Shown here: positions 49,632-60,329 of the stretch, piece after piece | Layout of the letters: every line of letters starts with the position of its first letter | Numbering within the stretch: position 1 is the first letter of the stretch | Assembly (NCBI GenBank): GCA_963712115.1 | Contig: CAVQGX010000055.1 | Location: 1 to 64,000 of the forward strand | Source of the DNA: an uncultured delta proteobacterium | GTDB taxonomy: Bacteria; Desulfobacterota; Syntrophobacteria; BM002 | Direction: 5' to 3' | Length of the DNA stretch: 64,000 nt | The notes under the pieces: model-generated | What the model was told of the DNA's origin: nothing | The model's database searches: none | Seen by the model: the letters and a program-made list of their open reading frames with translations, nothing else | Position numbers and translations under genes: made by a program

Positions 49632-50150
49632 CTATCCGCCGATCATTCGCCATTTTCTGCCAAAAACCCTGTTCCACCAGCCCATTTTTTTCAGCCGCCT
49701 AAGTTCTTCTTCCATCATGTGCAATTTGGCCGTGACCTTCTGCAACTCCTTTTCTCTGTCGTTCAGCACGCTTTTAATCTTCACCATACTATCTTTATAA
49801 ACAAGAAGATTCCGGTTTTCTAGCTCGAGTCGTCCCAGTCGAGTCAGCATTTCCTCGTAATGATCTCTATCAACAATGACAGTAGTCCCACCACTTTCTC
49901 TAGATCCAGCTTCAGTGGCAACCACATCCTTTCTCTCAGCAACCCTCGCTTTCGGGGTGATGACTGCCGGATCTTTCCTTGCCTCGAGCAGTCGATTAAT
50001 CTCGTCGGTTAAAATATAAACCGTCGCCCCTTCTTTTATACGTGACAGCTTGCCATTGTTTAAATAGTGGACTACGGTCCCCTTTGATACTCGCAGGGTC
50101 CTGGCCGCCACTTTAATAGTGACTTTTTCTTCTGATGACGCTTTCTTCAT
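49632..50150 (-). CDS. HTH plus coiled-coil protein with amphipathic WWNRVFG tail
   Basis: TIKVAARTLRVSKGTVVHYLNNGKL; heptad-rich C-terminal half. Confidence 0.7.
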   Translation of the reverse strand: MKKASSEEKVTIKVAARTLRVSKGTVVHYLNNGKLSRIKEGATVYILTDEINRLLEARKDPAVITPKARVAERKDVVATEAGSRESGGTTVIVDRDHYEEMLTRLGRLELENRNLLVYKDSMVKIKSVLNDREKELQKVTAKLHMMEEELRRLKKMGWWNRVFGRKWRMIGG

Positions 50151-50343
50151 AAATCACTCCCGGTCTTTGTCTGTCCGGTGCCAGCTGCAACCGTTCTGGG
50201 ACCAAATGCCCAGGGTAAATTATCGAATTCTTTGCTTCAGGTTTAACTAGAAATGTAGAACCTTGGCATGAACTAGTTCTGTACTGGGTTAAACTATTTC
50301 CTCATGATTCCTTTATATAACAAATTTTCCTGAAAACCAAATA

Positions 50344-50988
50344 TCACCTCTGCTGTTCCTGCAAAATATTGGGACAATCCCGTTCAATCTCCATCCTGAG
50401 CCTTGCATCTAATTCCGCTCCTTGGATAGTCTTAACCGTGGAAAGCTGCTCAACGGTAAGATTCAGCGCGCCTAGCAGTCTTGCCTTCCAGAGGACTGCC
50501 CCTTCCATTTTGGCCTCGGCGAAATTCGCCTTCTCCAGGTTGGCTCGCCAAAGCATAGTTCTTGCCAAGTTAGCCTTGTAAAGATTCGCTCCCACCAAGT
50601 TGGCCTTCCAGAAGTCAGCCCCTTCTAGGTTGGAACCTGCCAGAGAAGCTCCCTCCAGATCAGCCCCCAAAAACCCCGCTCTCCTCAAGTTGGCTCTGAT
50701 GAGCTCTGTACCACCTAGCTTGGCTTCCAGGAAATCAGCCCCTTTTAGGCTGGCTCTCCACAAATTAGCCTTGCCTAGATTTGCTTTCCAGAGTATTGCC
50801 ATCTCCAGGTTGACTCTCTCCAAAGAGGCTTGCTCTAAATCAGCCCTTGCGAGGAATGCGCCTTTCAGGTTGGTTTTGGAGAGGTCTGCTTTTTTTAGGT
50901 TAGGAAGAATATTCGGATTTTCTTCCCTCCATGTGTTCCAGGCTTTCACTCCTTGCTTCAGCTTGGCCAAGTGTTCTGGATCAGCCAT
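50344..50988 (-). CDS. Pentapeptide repeat protein
   Basis: GVKAWNTWRE followed by tandem A(D/N)Lxx repeats. Confidence 0.9.
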   Translation of the reverse strand: MADPEHLAKLKQGVKAWNTWREENPNILPNLKKADLSKTNLKGAFLARADLEQASLERVNLEMAILWKANLGKANLWRASLKGADFLEAKLGGTELIRANLRRAGFLGADLEGASLAGSNLEGADFWKANLVGANLYKANLARTMLWRANLEKANFAEAKMEGAVLWKARLLGALNLTVEQLSTVKTIQGAELDARLRMEIERDCPNILQEQQR

Positions 50989-51158
50989 CCCACCATTCCT
51001 TCTGTTTCATGATGATATGAGATTTCCGCTTGAAAATAACAAAATACAAATCAAAAACTCAATTCAAATTCCACAATCTATAATCTTCAATCTACAATCT
51101 CAAATAGCAAATACTCCAACACATGAGCGACACCCAGTCGCTATATCAAATGTAGACG

Positions 51159-51187
51159 TTGATTTCGCTCATACCAGATACTATAAT
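51159..51187 (+). promoter_or_regulatory. sigma70 promoter
   Basis: TTGATT-17 nt-TATAAT. Confidence 0.6.
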
Positions 51188-51233
51188 TCTAGGAATTTAG
51201 ATAGAGTGACTTTGTTGATCAAAGGAGAGATAC

Positions 51234-51428
51234 ATGACGGAAAAAAGACAGATGATGGAAGTCTGCAAGTGCGAAAACTGTGGCAACGAAGCGGAAATGA
51301 TAGTGACCTGCGAGCTTGTACCTGTAGAAGACCTCCAGAAAAAAGCTGCCGGGGTAGAGCAGCAGGAGAAGAAGTCCTTCACTTGCACAAGTTGCGGCAA
51401 TGAGGCGGATATGCTTGTTGATTTATAG
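51234..51428 (+). CDS. Small Cys-rich (zinc-ribbon-like) protein
   Basis: AAGGAG RBS; CENCGNEAEM and CTSCGNEADM. Confidence 0.75.
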   Translation: MTEKRQMMEVCKCENCGNEAEMIVTCELVPVEDLQKKAAGVEQQEKKSFTCTSCGNEADMLVDL

Positions 51429-51638
51429 AAAGACAAGCATTCACATTTTTCAGAATCGTCTATAAACCAATCTTTTCTCTCATGCCTGCCATATAGATAA
51501 CCCTCCAACGCACTGGAGGGTTATTAGTTGTCACCTTGTGAGTAAAATTGAGGAGTCTGTCCGACAACTCCTTTCCCCTCCCCTGGGGGGAGGGGATTCT
51601 GGGCTTGCCCTACAGCCTTTAAACGGGTATTTGTTGCT

Positions 51639-52190
51639 ATGGATTACCACTACTGCCCATTGTGCGGCGGTTCTTTGAGTGTAAACCCAGAAAGCAAGCG
51701 GCTCCGCAGCTATTGCCCCGAGTGCGCCTTCATCCATTACAAAAACCCAACCGTCGGCGTTGCGGTGATTCTCTTACGAGGGGACCAATTACTCCTTATA
51801 AGGCGGCGGGGTTCATACGATGGCATGTGGTGCATACCCTGCGGGCACGTTGAGTGGGACGAGGACGTACGGCTTTGTGCTCGCCGTGAATTGAAAGAGG
51901 AAACAGGACTCGAAGTGGAGTTAGGCCCGGTTTTCGATGTCCATTCCAACTTCCATGATCCAGATCACCAGACAGTTGGCGTTTGGTTCATGGGAAAGTT
52001 GAGTGGCGGTGAACTACAACCAGGTTCCGATGCCAGAGAGGCTAAGTTCTTTGCCCTTGATAGATTGCCGGGAAAAATGGCTTTCCCCACAGATCTGTTG
52101 ATTTGCCAAAAGCTAAAAAGAATTCTCCTAGACAAAAAAGATGGACTTGCGCAATTGTGCGAGGAGTATTCGGAATACCTCAAGGCATAG
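51639..52190 (+). CDS. NUDIX hydrolase with N-terminal zinc ribbon
   Basis: YCPLCG/YCPEC; GHVEWDEDVRLCARRELKEETGL Nudix box. Confidence 0.9.
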   Translation: MDYHYCPLCGGSLSVNPESKRLRSYCPECAFIHYKNPTVGVAVILLRGDQLLLIRRRGSYDGMWCIPCGHVEWDEDVRLCARRELKEETGLEVELGPVFDVHSNFHDPDHQTVGVWFMGKLSGGELQPGSDAREAKFFALDRLPGKMAFPTDLLICQKLKRILLDKKDGLAQLCEEYSEYLKA

Positions 52191-52358
52191 AGTAAGGAGC
52201 CAGGAGTTAGGAGTCAGAATCCAGCCGGCATAGGGCATAGAGCATAGGGTCCAAATTTCGAAATTCAAAATCATCCGTCCTCTGACCTCCGACTTCTGAC
52301 CTCTGACCTCTGACTTCTAAGCACCCTAGTGCTTAGTGTCTTAACTTCAGGAGCTGAG

Positions 52359-53750
52359 ATGACAAAACTGACATTCTTCGGTGCAACGGGCACGGTTACA
52401 GGATCTCGTTTTCTTCTGGAGGTCGACGGCAATCGGCTTCTGATAGATTGCGGCCTCTTTCAAGGATTAAAGAAAAATCGGTTGAGAAATTGGGAGCCCT
52501 TTCCCATTTCTCCTGCTGAGATAGATCAGGTTTTTCTCACCCACGCTCACATTGACCACTCCGGCTATCTGCCCCGGTTGATTAATCAGGGTTTCATGGG
52601 AAAAATCCATTGCACCCATGCCACCCACGACCTGTGTGAGATCATGTTGCGCGACTCTGGTCATCTCCAGGAAGAAGATGCCAATTGGGCCAATAAAAGG
52701 GGATTTTCCAAACACAGGCCGGCCCTGCCACTCTACACCGTAGAGGACGCAGAAAATGCCCTGTCACACTTTGAGCCATATCATTACGGAGAGGATATAT
52801 TTTTGAGCGAAAGTCTGCGGGTAAAGTTCAAAGACGCAGGTCATATACTGGGCTCTTCCTTTGTGGACGTAAAGTCAATGCAAGAGGGAAGCCCAAAGAG
52901 GATCGTCTTTAGCGGTGACCTGGGTAGACCGTCGAGACCTATCCTCCGCGATCCTGTTCAACCATTCGAGGTAGACTATCTTATCCTGGAATCAACCTAC
53001 GGCAACAGGTTGCACCATAACGAAACACCAGAAAGGGATCTTGCGGCCGTAATCAACGCCAGCGTTGACAGGGGAGGAGTGCTTGTCATTCCCTCATTTG
53101 CCGTGGGCCGGACGCAACAGTTACTCTACACTCTGCGAGAGCTGGAGGAAGATAAGGAGATTCCCTCGCTGCCGGTGTACGTGGACTCCCCCATGGCGAT
53201 AGATACAACAGCTGTTTTCGAGAAAAACAAGGGATATTATGGTCTAGTAGCGAAGGTACTGGAAATCAAAGGAACCTCCATTCTCAAGCCGCAACAGATT
53301 AGTTTCTGTCGGCATCGAGACCAGTCAAAAGCGCTCAACCAAATAAAGAAGAACGCTATTATTATTTCCGCCAGCGGCATGGCCACCGGCGGCCGCATCT
53401 TGCACCACATGAGGCACCGGTTACCCCGGAGACAAGACACCATGTTGTTCATAGGCTACCAGGCTGAAGGAACCAGGGGTAGGACTATCTTGAATGGAAA
53501 CTCCACGGTAAGAATCCATGGCGAAGATGTTCCCATCAAAGCTCAGGTTGAAAACATATCCGGGTTCTCAGCCCACGCAGATTACAACGAAATATTGGCC
53601 TGGCTGATCGGATTTAACCGCGCTCCAAAAAAGACCTTTATTGTTCACGGTGAGCCTGATGCGTCGGCATCACTGGCAGAAAAAATCACCGACAGATTAG
53701 GATGGAATGTCGTGGTTCCCAAATTCCAAGAAAGCTTCAAGCTAGAATGA
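52359..53750 (+). CDS. MBL-fold beta-CASP ribonuclease-like protein
   Basis: THAHIDHSG, AGHILGS, ESTYG, FAVGR, FSAHAD, VHGE. Confidence 0.92.
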   Translation: MTKLTFFGATGTVTGSRFLLEVDGNRLLIDCGLFQGLKKNRLRNWEPFPISPAEIDQVFLTHAHIDHSGYLPRLINQGFMGKIHCTHATHDLCEIMLRDSGHLQEEDANWANKRGFSKHRPALPLYTVEDAENALSHFEPYHYGEDIFLSESLRVKFKDAGHILGSSFVDVKSMQEGSPKRIVFSGDLGRPSRPILRDPVQPFEVDYLILESTYGNRLHHNETPERDLAAVINASVDRGGVLVIPSFAVGRTQQLLYTLRELEEDKEIPSLPVYVDSPMAIDTTAVFEKNKGYYGLVAKVLEIKGTSILKPQQISFCRHRDQSKALNQIKKNAIIISASGMATGGRILHHMRHRLPRRQDTMLFIGYQAEGTRGRTILNGNSTVRIHGEDVPIKAQVENISGFSAHADYNEILAWLIGFNRAPKKTFIVHGEPDASASLAEKITDRLGWNVVVPKFQESFKLE

Positions 53751-53925
53751 ATGGAGTAGGGGAGCACTGAGTAAGGTTTCAGTGTTCAGTGTTCAGGTTT
53801 CAGTGTTTTACCATTTATTTTTCTTTTTGCTGACACCTGAAACCTGACACCTGAAACCCTGCGATTTGCAATGCTCCATCACTCCATTAAGAAACTCTAA
53901 ACGCCAAATACAAGGAGTATAAGAG

Positions 53926-54141
53926 ATGGCAGACAAGGTTATTATCTTCGGCAAATCGACTTGACCTTACACCAACCAAGCCAGGTCGGCTTACGGTGAA
54001 GATGCCACCTATGTGGACGTTGTCAGGGAACCGGACAAACTAAAGGAAATGCTGCAGTTCTCAAAGGGAGTGCGGAAAGTGCCGGTTATCGTGGAAGGTG
54101 AAAAAGTAGAAATCGGCTATGGGGGAACATGAGGCGTGTGA
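53926..54141 (+). CDS. Glutaredoxin-like selenoprotein with two Sec (UXX-star type), 71 aa
   Basis: MADKVIIFGKST-U-PYT...VRKVPVIVEG...GYGGT-U-GV*; AAGGAG RBS; hairpins after both TGA codons (53962 and 54130). Confidence 0.85.
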
Positions 54142-54440
54142 CTACTCATCGGAGATGAGTTGGCACAGGTGGGAACGAGGTAAATGGGATTGATCCCTAC
54201 TACAATGTCCACTCTTAAAAAATACGGTTTCCCCACCTGGAGTAATGGAGTAGTGGAGTACTGGAGTATTGTGAAGGCCCAAAAACCTTTTATTATCTTC
54301 TATTGCACCCATTTACTCCAACACTCCAAAACTCCAACACTCCAGCGACATATTAGTCGGGTCGGGCAAGCTTTTTGCATAAAAATTAGTTTTTCCCTCA
54401 GGAGCATTACTTTCCTCGCAGAGAAAGAGGAATTCCTATT

Positions 54441-57287
54441 ATGCCAGAGCACCGACCCAACACCGTAAGAGTTTTAGCGGTTGACGACGAGCAACACGTT
54501 CGTGAGCTCTATGAGGAATTCCTCTCTTACCCAACATCCAACTACAAATTTGATTTGACCCTCTGCCGCCAAAGTAAAGAGGCGGTTGAGGCGGTGCGTG
54601 CGGCCACTGAGGCTGGAACCCCCTTTTCCCTAGCCTTCATTGATATCCGTATGGATTCAGGAAAGGATGGTGTATGGGCGGCAGGGGAAATCCGCAAGCT
54701 GGATCCAAAAATCGAGATCGTCATGGTGACAGCTTTCGGTGATGTGGACCCAGAAGAAATCGTCTCAACCGCTCCGCCTGCCGCAAAGCTGCTTTACCTC
54801 AAGAAACCTTTTTCGCCAGAAGAGATTAGGCAGTTTGCCCTAGCCCTCAGTGCAAAATGGCAGCAGGAGAGAGAGCTCCATAAAATGCAGGCAGAGTTGG
54901 AAAACCACGTCGAAGAGAGGACCGTTAACTTGACCAGCACTAACGAGCAACTGAGGCGGGAAATTGAAGATCGAAAACGAGCAGAGGAGGAATTGCGGAA
55001 GAGCGAGGAAAAGTACAGGACCATCCTCGAAAGCATCGAGGATGGCTACTTTGAGGTGGATCTGGCCGGGAATTTCACCTATTTCAACGACTCGCTGTGC
55101 AGAATTGCAGGATATCCTCGGGAAGAACTTATGGACATGAATAACCGAGACTACACCTCAGCCGCAACCGCCAAAAATATGTATCAAATCTTCAATAGAA
55201 CCTATAGCACGGGCAAGTCCGCTAAAATGGTAGACTACGAAATTTTCAGAAAAGATGGCAGCCCGAGAATATTGGAAATGTCTGCCTCCTTGATGAAGGA
55301 TTCCACTGGCGAACCCATCGGTTTTAGGGGTGTTGTCCGTGACGTAACTGAGCGCAAACGGGCAGAGGAGGCACTCAGGGAGAGCGAAGAACGCTTCAGG
55401 GAGATGGCCGAAAATCTGCGAGAAGTCTTTTGGATGTTTGACTGGTTAAAGCAGAAAGTAATTTATGTAAGTCCGGCTTACAAAGAGATTTGGGGGCGAT
55501 CAATCCAGGACCTTTACAAGAGTTATGAAGAGTGGAGCAAGAGCATACATCCCGATGACACCGAATACGCCCGAGAGTCCTTTGCCAAAATTGTTGAAAC
55601 AGGTGGCGGGGAGCCTAGAGAGTACAGAATTGTTCGACCAGATGGAACTGTTCGCTGGATATCGGACAGGGGTTTCGCTATCCAGGGTGAAGATGGCCAG
55701 GTGCAACGTATTGCAGGCATAGCTGAGGACATAACAGAGCGTTATCAGGCCATGGAGGCATTGAGGGCCAGTGAAGAGAAATATCGCACCGCCTTGGAAA
55801 CCAACCCCGACCCTGTGGTCGTCTACGACATCGAGGGTAAGGTTGTTTATTTCAACCCCGCCTTCACCCGAGTTTTCGGCTGGTCCCTGGGTGAACGTTT
55901 AGGCAAAAAGATGGACTTATTCGTGCCCGAGGAAAACTGGCCAGAAACCAAAATGATGATCGACAGAGTTTTGGCCGGCGAGAGTTTCTCCGGCATCGAA
56001 AGCAGTCGATACACCAAAAAAAGTAAGATTATTCCTGTAAGTATAAGCGGAGCCGTGCTTCGAGATATGGACGGTAACCCTGTGGGGAGTGTGATTAATT
56101 TAAGAGATATTAGCGAACAAAAGAATCTGGAAAGCCAACTCCAGCACGCTCAGAAAATGGAGGCCGTTGGCACTCTGGCTGGCGGAATCGCTCATGACTT
56201 CAACAACCTCCTCCAGGCTATACAGGGATATACGGAACTTTTGCTAATGCGCAAAAAGGATGGAGAGCTTGGATTCCGAGAACTGCAGGAGGTTATCCGT
56301 GCATCCAAAAGAGGAGCAGAACTCACTAAGCAACTGCTAACTTTCAGTCGCAAGGTGGAGAGCAAAAGAAAGCCCCTTGATCTCAATCAGGAGGTGGGAG
56401 AGTTGCGGCAACTGCTCGAACGAGCACTTCCCAAAATGATAGAGGTGGAGTTCAATCTAGATCCTGATCTGCAAATGATTAAAGCAGACTCGACACAGCT
56501 GAAGCAAGTTCTGATGAATTTAGCTCTAAATGCGAAAGATGCAATGCCTGAGGGAGGCAAGTTAGTAATTGAGACGCAAAACGTAACCCTAGATCAGGAA
56601 TTCTGTAAAAGATATGCCGAAATCAAGCCTGGTGATTACGTACTACTGTCCATGGCAGACACCGGCCATGGAATGGACAAAGAAACCCTTGAGCATATCT
56701 TCGATCCCTTCTATACCACCAAGGAAGTGGGAAAAGGAACGGGCCTCGGCCTGGCCATAGTTTACGGCATCGTCAAGAATCACGAGGGCTACGTCATGTG
56801 CTACAGCCGTCCGGAGTCGGGGACCAGTTTTAGAGTCTACCTCCCAGCCTCAGAAGCGGTGACAGAATGTGCAGAGGTAGTGGAATCGCTGGAAGCAAAA
56901 CCCCTTGCCATGGGAGGCGATGAGACTATTCTACTGGTGGATGACGAGGAATTCATCAGGGAACTTGGGGTAGATGTACTTGGACAAGCTGGCTACAAGA
57001 TCCTCACTGCCAGAAACGGGGAACAAGCGCTCGAGGTCTACAGGAGAGAGCAGGCTCAGATTGATTTGATCATTTTAGATCTGATCATGCCGGGTATGGG
57101 GGGCAGCAAGTGCCTTGAGGAGCTTCTCAAGATAGGTTCACAGGCGCGGGTACTTATAGCTAGCGGCTATTCGCCGGACGCTTCCACCAAAGGAGCGCTC
57201 GAGACCGGAGCAGCAGGTTTTATAAATAAACCTTATGATACCAAGCAGTTATTAGAACTAGTTCGTAAGATCTTGGACAAGAATTAA
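54441..57287 (+). CDS. Cytoplasmic REC-PAS3-histidine kinase-REC hybrid
   Basis: N-terminal REC, three PAS/PAC, GIAHDFNN, GKGTGLGL, C-terminal REC. Confidence 0.92.
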   Translation: MPEHRPNTVRVLAVDDEQHVRELYEEFLSYPTSNYKFDLTLCRQSKEAVEAVRAATEAGTPFSLAFIDIRMDSGKDGVWAAGEIRKLDPKIEIVMVTAFGDVDPEEIVSTAPPAAKLLYLKKPFSPEEIRQFALALSAKWQQERELHKMQAELENHVEERTVNLTSTNEQLRREIEDRKRAEEELRKSEEKYRTILESIEDGYFEVDLAGNFTYFNDSLCRIAGYPREELMDMNNRDYTSAATAKNMYQIFNRTYSTGKSAKMVDYEIFRKDGSPRILEMSASLMKDSTGEPIGFRGVVRDVTERKRAEEALRESEERFREMAENLREVFWMFDWLKQKVIYVSPAYKEIWGRSIQDLYKSYEEWSKSIHPDDTEYARESFAKIVETGGGEPREYRIVRPDGTVRWISDRGFAIQGEDGQVQRIAGIAEDITERYQAMEALRASEEKYRTALETNPDPVVVYDIEGKVVYFNPAFTRVFGWSLGERLGKKMDLFVPEENWPETKMMIDRVLAGESFSGIESSRYTKKSKIIPVSISGAVLRDMDGNPVGSVINLRDISEQKNLESQLQHAQKMEAVGTLAGGIAHDFNNLLQAIQGYTELLLMRKKDGELGFRELQEVIRASKRGAELTKQLLTFSRKVESKRKPLDLNQEVGELRQLLERALPKMIEVEFNLDPDLQMIKADSTQLKQVLMNLALNAKDAMPEGGKLVIETQNVTLDQEFCKRYAEIKPGDYVLLSMADTGHGMDKETLEHIFDPFYTTKEVGKGTGLGLAIVYGIVKNHEGYVMCYSRPESGTSFRVYLPASEAVTECAEVVESLEAKPLAMGGDETILLVDDEEFIRELGVDVLGQAGYKILTARNGEQALEVYRREQAQIDLIILDLIMPGMGGSKCLEELLKIGSQARVLIASGYSPDASTKGALETGAAGFINKPYDTKQLLELVRKILDKN

Positions 57288-57305
57288 ACTTTAACTGTAT
57301 AGGCC

Positions 57306-60300
57306 CTATCGTCCAGGGGCTCCGAGCTCCACCATTAACTCCAACTCAGCTTCATCTCGCTGCACTTGAACCTTAACGGTATTGCCCACATATTTGGTGG
57401 CAAGATTGGCCCTAATGTCATCCAAATCCTTCACCTTAATATCATCCACCGCCAGGAGAATGTCTCCCTTTTCCACCCCTGCCTTTAGAGCACCACCACC
57501 CTTGACTAGGTCGGCAACAATGAACTGCTCGCCCGATGTATCTAACACTACCCCGAGCTTTGCCTCCTCTGGAGCCTCAAGATTACTGGGAAATACAATG
57601 AAATCTGCTATACCGGGCTCCGGTAATTCTCCGGGATCGGGAAGGATAATGGCGTAATCTTTGGCAATCCGTCTGTGAGCCCTCTTGGGGATACCTGAGC
57701 CGTAGGCAAGGTGGCCGCTTCCAGCCAGCACTACCAGGTGAAAGTCAGGCCGATCTGTGAGAAAGGAGGCAAGGGTCTCGGCCATGGTTTCGTCCCAAAG
57801 GATCTGGGCCTGGTGAAAGTGTTCAAAAACCTGGGGTGCCTTTTTGCCGGCCAGTTCAGTCTGATGCATCTCGAAGACACGCCTCAACCTTTCCCTGTAA
57901 GGCTCATCGTCTAAAGCCATCTCAGCGGGTATTCTCCCTTTCTCTTCCTGGGTCAATTGGTCTAGTCCTTGGTTGGCAACTTTGCTGACCAACTCGTGCT
58001 CCTGGTTGAGAGCAACTACAGGAATATTGTGCTCTCTGGCATACTGCAAGATGTCCTCATAAAGGTGATAGTTGAACCTCCAAGTGTTTAAGTAGTCGGA
58101 CCTCTTAAGAAAAGTTTGCGTATCCGATTTGCCGGAGATGTATTCGTCCAAAGCCTCTTGGTAACGACGTTGAAACATCTCCATGCCAATGGCCAATTTT
58201 GGATACCGCTGGTGCAGATCGCGAATAATCTCGAGCTGTAGCAGGTGATCACCATAGCGGTCATGCTTTTCTCCCACATAAACAATTGTTCTATCCGCCA
58301 CCTGAGAAACAATTTCAGCTAAAGGAAGTACACTTTTGGTAGCGATTCCCCTAACCGGTGCATCCACTTCGTACTGAATTCCCCGGTCGCTGCTCTCGGT
58401 CTCCTTCTCCACGTTTCTTCCCCCAGAAAAGGTAAGTTTACTGTATTTCCCGTAGTGAAAAACCTTGTTTATTACTTCTTTCACTTCTTCGGAACTTTCA
58501 CCCAGAGCCAGGCCAACCACCAGATTGGGATTGAAGCCATTTTTCCTAATTTCAATACTGAATCCGCTTTTTGTCTCTGCTGACCTCGGAAAGAGGAACT
58601 CATGCTTACTATGATCTCCTAGAAATAACAAAGATTTATGACCTAAAGTGGAGTGATCCACCTTGTCGGCAGCCAACTTTTCAAAACCACGGCTCTCCAA
58701 GGCTTGAATCAAAGGCTGGTAGATATCCAGGTTGGTTTCAGGCAATACCACTGTTCGAGCTGGATCCCCCAACAGGCGACTCAAGACAGCCCTTCTCTCA
58801 ATTGGTTTCAAGGTACGAAAGAGGTCGTAGTCCGGATCTACAATGATCTCCTTTGCCCTGCCTGTGGTGGACAAGGCGAAAGCTTGTCTATCCTTCGATA
58901 GAGACAAAACCTTTTTCTCTTCCTTGTCTTCCGTGCGGATAACAAGGGGAATCAACACAGGCATTGGGCTGTTCCTAACCTGAAGGTTGAATTCCAGGGT
59001 GTAACCATCCGTCGACTGATTCAGCCTGATCTTATCGAGATTTATTGCCATTGCCCCTTTGTCCTGGAGCCAGAATTCAAAAAAAACCCTTAGATCCTCT
59101 GCCGCCGTGCTTGAAAATATCGCTTCGAGATCCTGCCAGGAGGTTAAGCGAAAGCGCTTTTTTACCACCAACTGCCTAAGTGCCTCTCTGAATGTTTTAT
59201 CTCCCACACGGTCGTTGAGCATATGGAAGACCATAGCGGTCTTGCCATATCCGACGGCACGCGAAGCGCGATCGTCCCCGCTGACAAAGTCCTGAATGGC
59301 GATCTCATTTTCCCCATGAACGTAACTCTCGTAATCCTCGATTATCCCCTTGCGATATTGCCAGCCCGTTCCTTGCATTTGTTCATAGTAATGATCTGCC
59401 AGATAGGTGGTTAAACCTTCCGACCAATTCCCCTTGGGGTAGTCTACGTAAACCGAATTGCCAAACCAGGAGTGGAGGATTTCATGCCCCAATGAAGTCT
59501 CTGGGATGAAGGGCAGCTTGAGTACCTCACGGCCCAAAAGGGTGAAGGTGGGCATTCCGTAGCCAGTGGGCAAAATATTTTCTACCACAGCAAACCGTTT
59601 GAAAGGGTAGGGGCCCAGCATGTTTTCATACATTGCCAAATATTTCTTGCTGGCATCCAGATAGCGGCGTGCAAAGTTCTGATCCTCGGGAAGCAAATAG
59701 GTCTCCACCTGCACCCTGCCGTGGTGGTCTGTTTCGACCAAATATGAAGCCATGACGAAATGGATATGCGTTACCGGGTGGGGGAAATCAAAACTTATCA
59801 GCTTTCGGTTTCCCATATCCTTAACAGTTATATCCTCGGCTTCAGAAACGGCCTGAAAGCTTTTGGGAACCATTGCTTGCAGTGAAAAGCGGGCGAGTTC
59901 GGCCTCTGCAGCAGGGTACCAATCTGAAAGGAGAAAAACACCTTCGTCACCAATGGTGTTTGCCAGGTTCTCGCCCTTTTTGTTGGAAAAGACTCCTTCG
60001 TATTCCATCTCTATGTGCATTGACCCTCCGTGGAGGGGGAGGGCGATGCGATTGTCTTTCACTTTTGGCGTAGCACTTTTTCCATTGATTACAAATCTGG
60101 TTATCCGCAGACCCCTACCGACCGCTATCGCTCTCACACTGTCGGAAAAAGTAGCATCCACTGTTCCAAAAATTTTGTGTTCTGCGAGATCGAAGGAGAT
60201 GTTTATGCGGTGTTCAGCAAGGGTATCGGCCATTCCAGCTGAAGGTAATCCCAATGAAGCGGTTATCATCAGGAGGCAGAGCAAAACAAGATTAATTGTG

Positions 60301-60329
60301 CGGCTGTATGTCATTGTAGAAATCTCCAT
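57306..60329 (-). CDS. Exported M1-like metallopeptidase-ChaN-PDZ fusion
   Basis: Signal peptide, HEILH...WSEG, VYVGEKHD/GMEMF ChaN-like region, C-terminal PDZ. Confidence 0.8.
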   Translation of the reverse strand: MEISTMTYSRTINLVLLCLLMITASLGLPSAGMADTLAEHRINISFDLAEHKIFGTVDATFSDSVRAIAVGRGLRITRFVINGKSATPKVKDNRIALPLHGGSMHIEMEYEGVFSNKKGENLANTIGDEGVFLLSDWYPAAEAELARFSLQAMVPKSFQAVSEAEDITVKDMGNRKLISFDFPHPVTHIHFVMASYLVETDHHGRVQVETYLLPEDQNFARRYLDASKKYLAMYENMLGPYPFKRFAVVENILPTGYGMPTFTLLGREVLKLPFIPETSLGHEILHSWFGNSVYVDYPKGNWSEGLTTYLADHYYEQMQGTGWQYRKGIIEDYESYVHGENEIAIQDFVSGDDRASRAVGYGKTAMVFHMLNDRVGDKTFREALRQLVVKKRFRLTSWQDLEAIFSSTAAEDLRVFFEFWLQDKGAMAINLDKIRLNQSTDGYTLEFNLQVRNSPMPVLIPLVIRTEDKEEKKVLSLSKDRQAFALSTTGRAKEIIVDPDYDLFRTLKPIERRAVLSRLLGDPARTVVLPETNLDIYQPLIQALESRGFEKLAADKVDHSTLGHKSLLFLGDHSKHEFLFPRSAETKSGFSIEIRKNGFNPNLVVGLALGESSEEVKEVINKVFHYGKYSKLTFSGGRNVEKETESSDRGIQYEVDAPVRGIATKSVLPLAEIVSQVADRTIVYVGEKHDRYGDHLLQLEIIRDLHQRYPKLAIGMEMFQRRYQEALDEYISGKSDTQTFLKRSDYLNTWRFNYHLYEDILQYAREHNIPVVALNQEHELVSKVANQGLDQLTQEEKGRIPAEMALDDEPYRERLRRVFEMHQTELAGKKAPQVFEHFHQAQILWDETMAETLASFLTDRPDFHLVVLAGSGHLAYGSGIPKRAHRRIAKDYAIILPDPGELPEPGIADFIVFPSNLEAPEEAKLGVVLDTSGEQFIVADLVKGGGALKAGVEKGDILLAVDDIKVKDLDDIRANLATKYVGNTVKVQVQRDEAELELMVELGAPGR

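Noticed and set aside
54184-54468. ORFs such as 54184-54468, 31653-31871, 3047-3232, 1172-1447 and 14807-15016
   Set aside because: They are translations of intergenic repeat elements.
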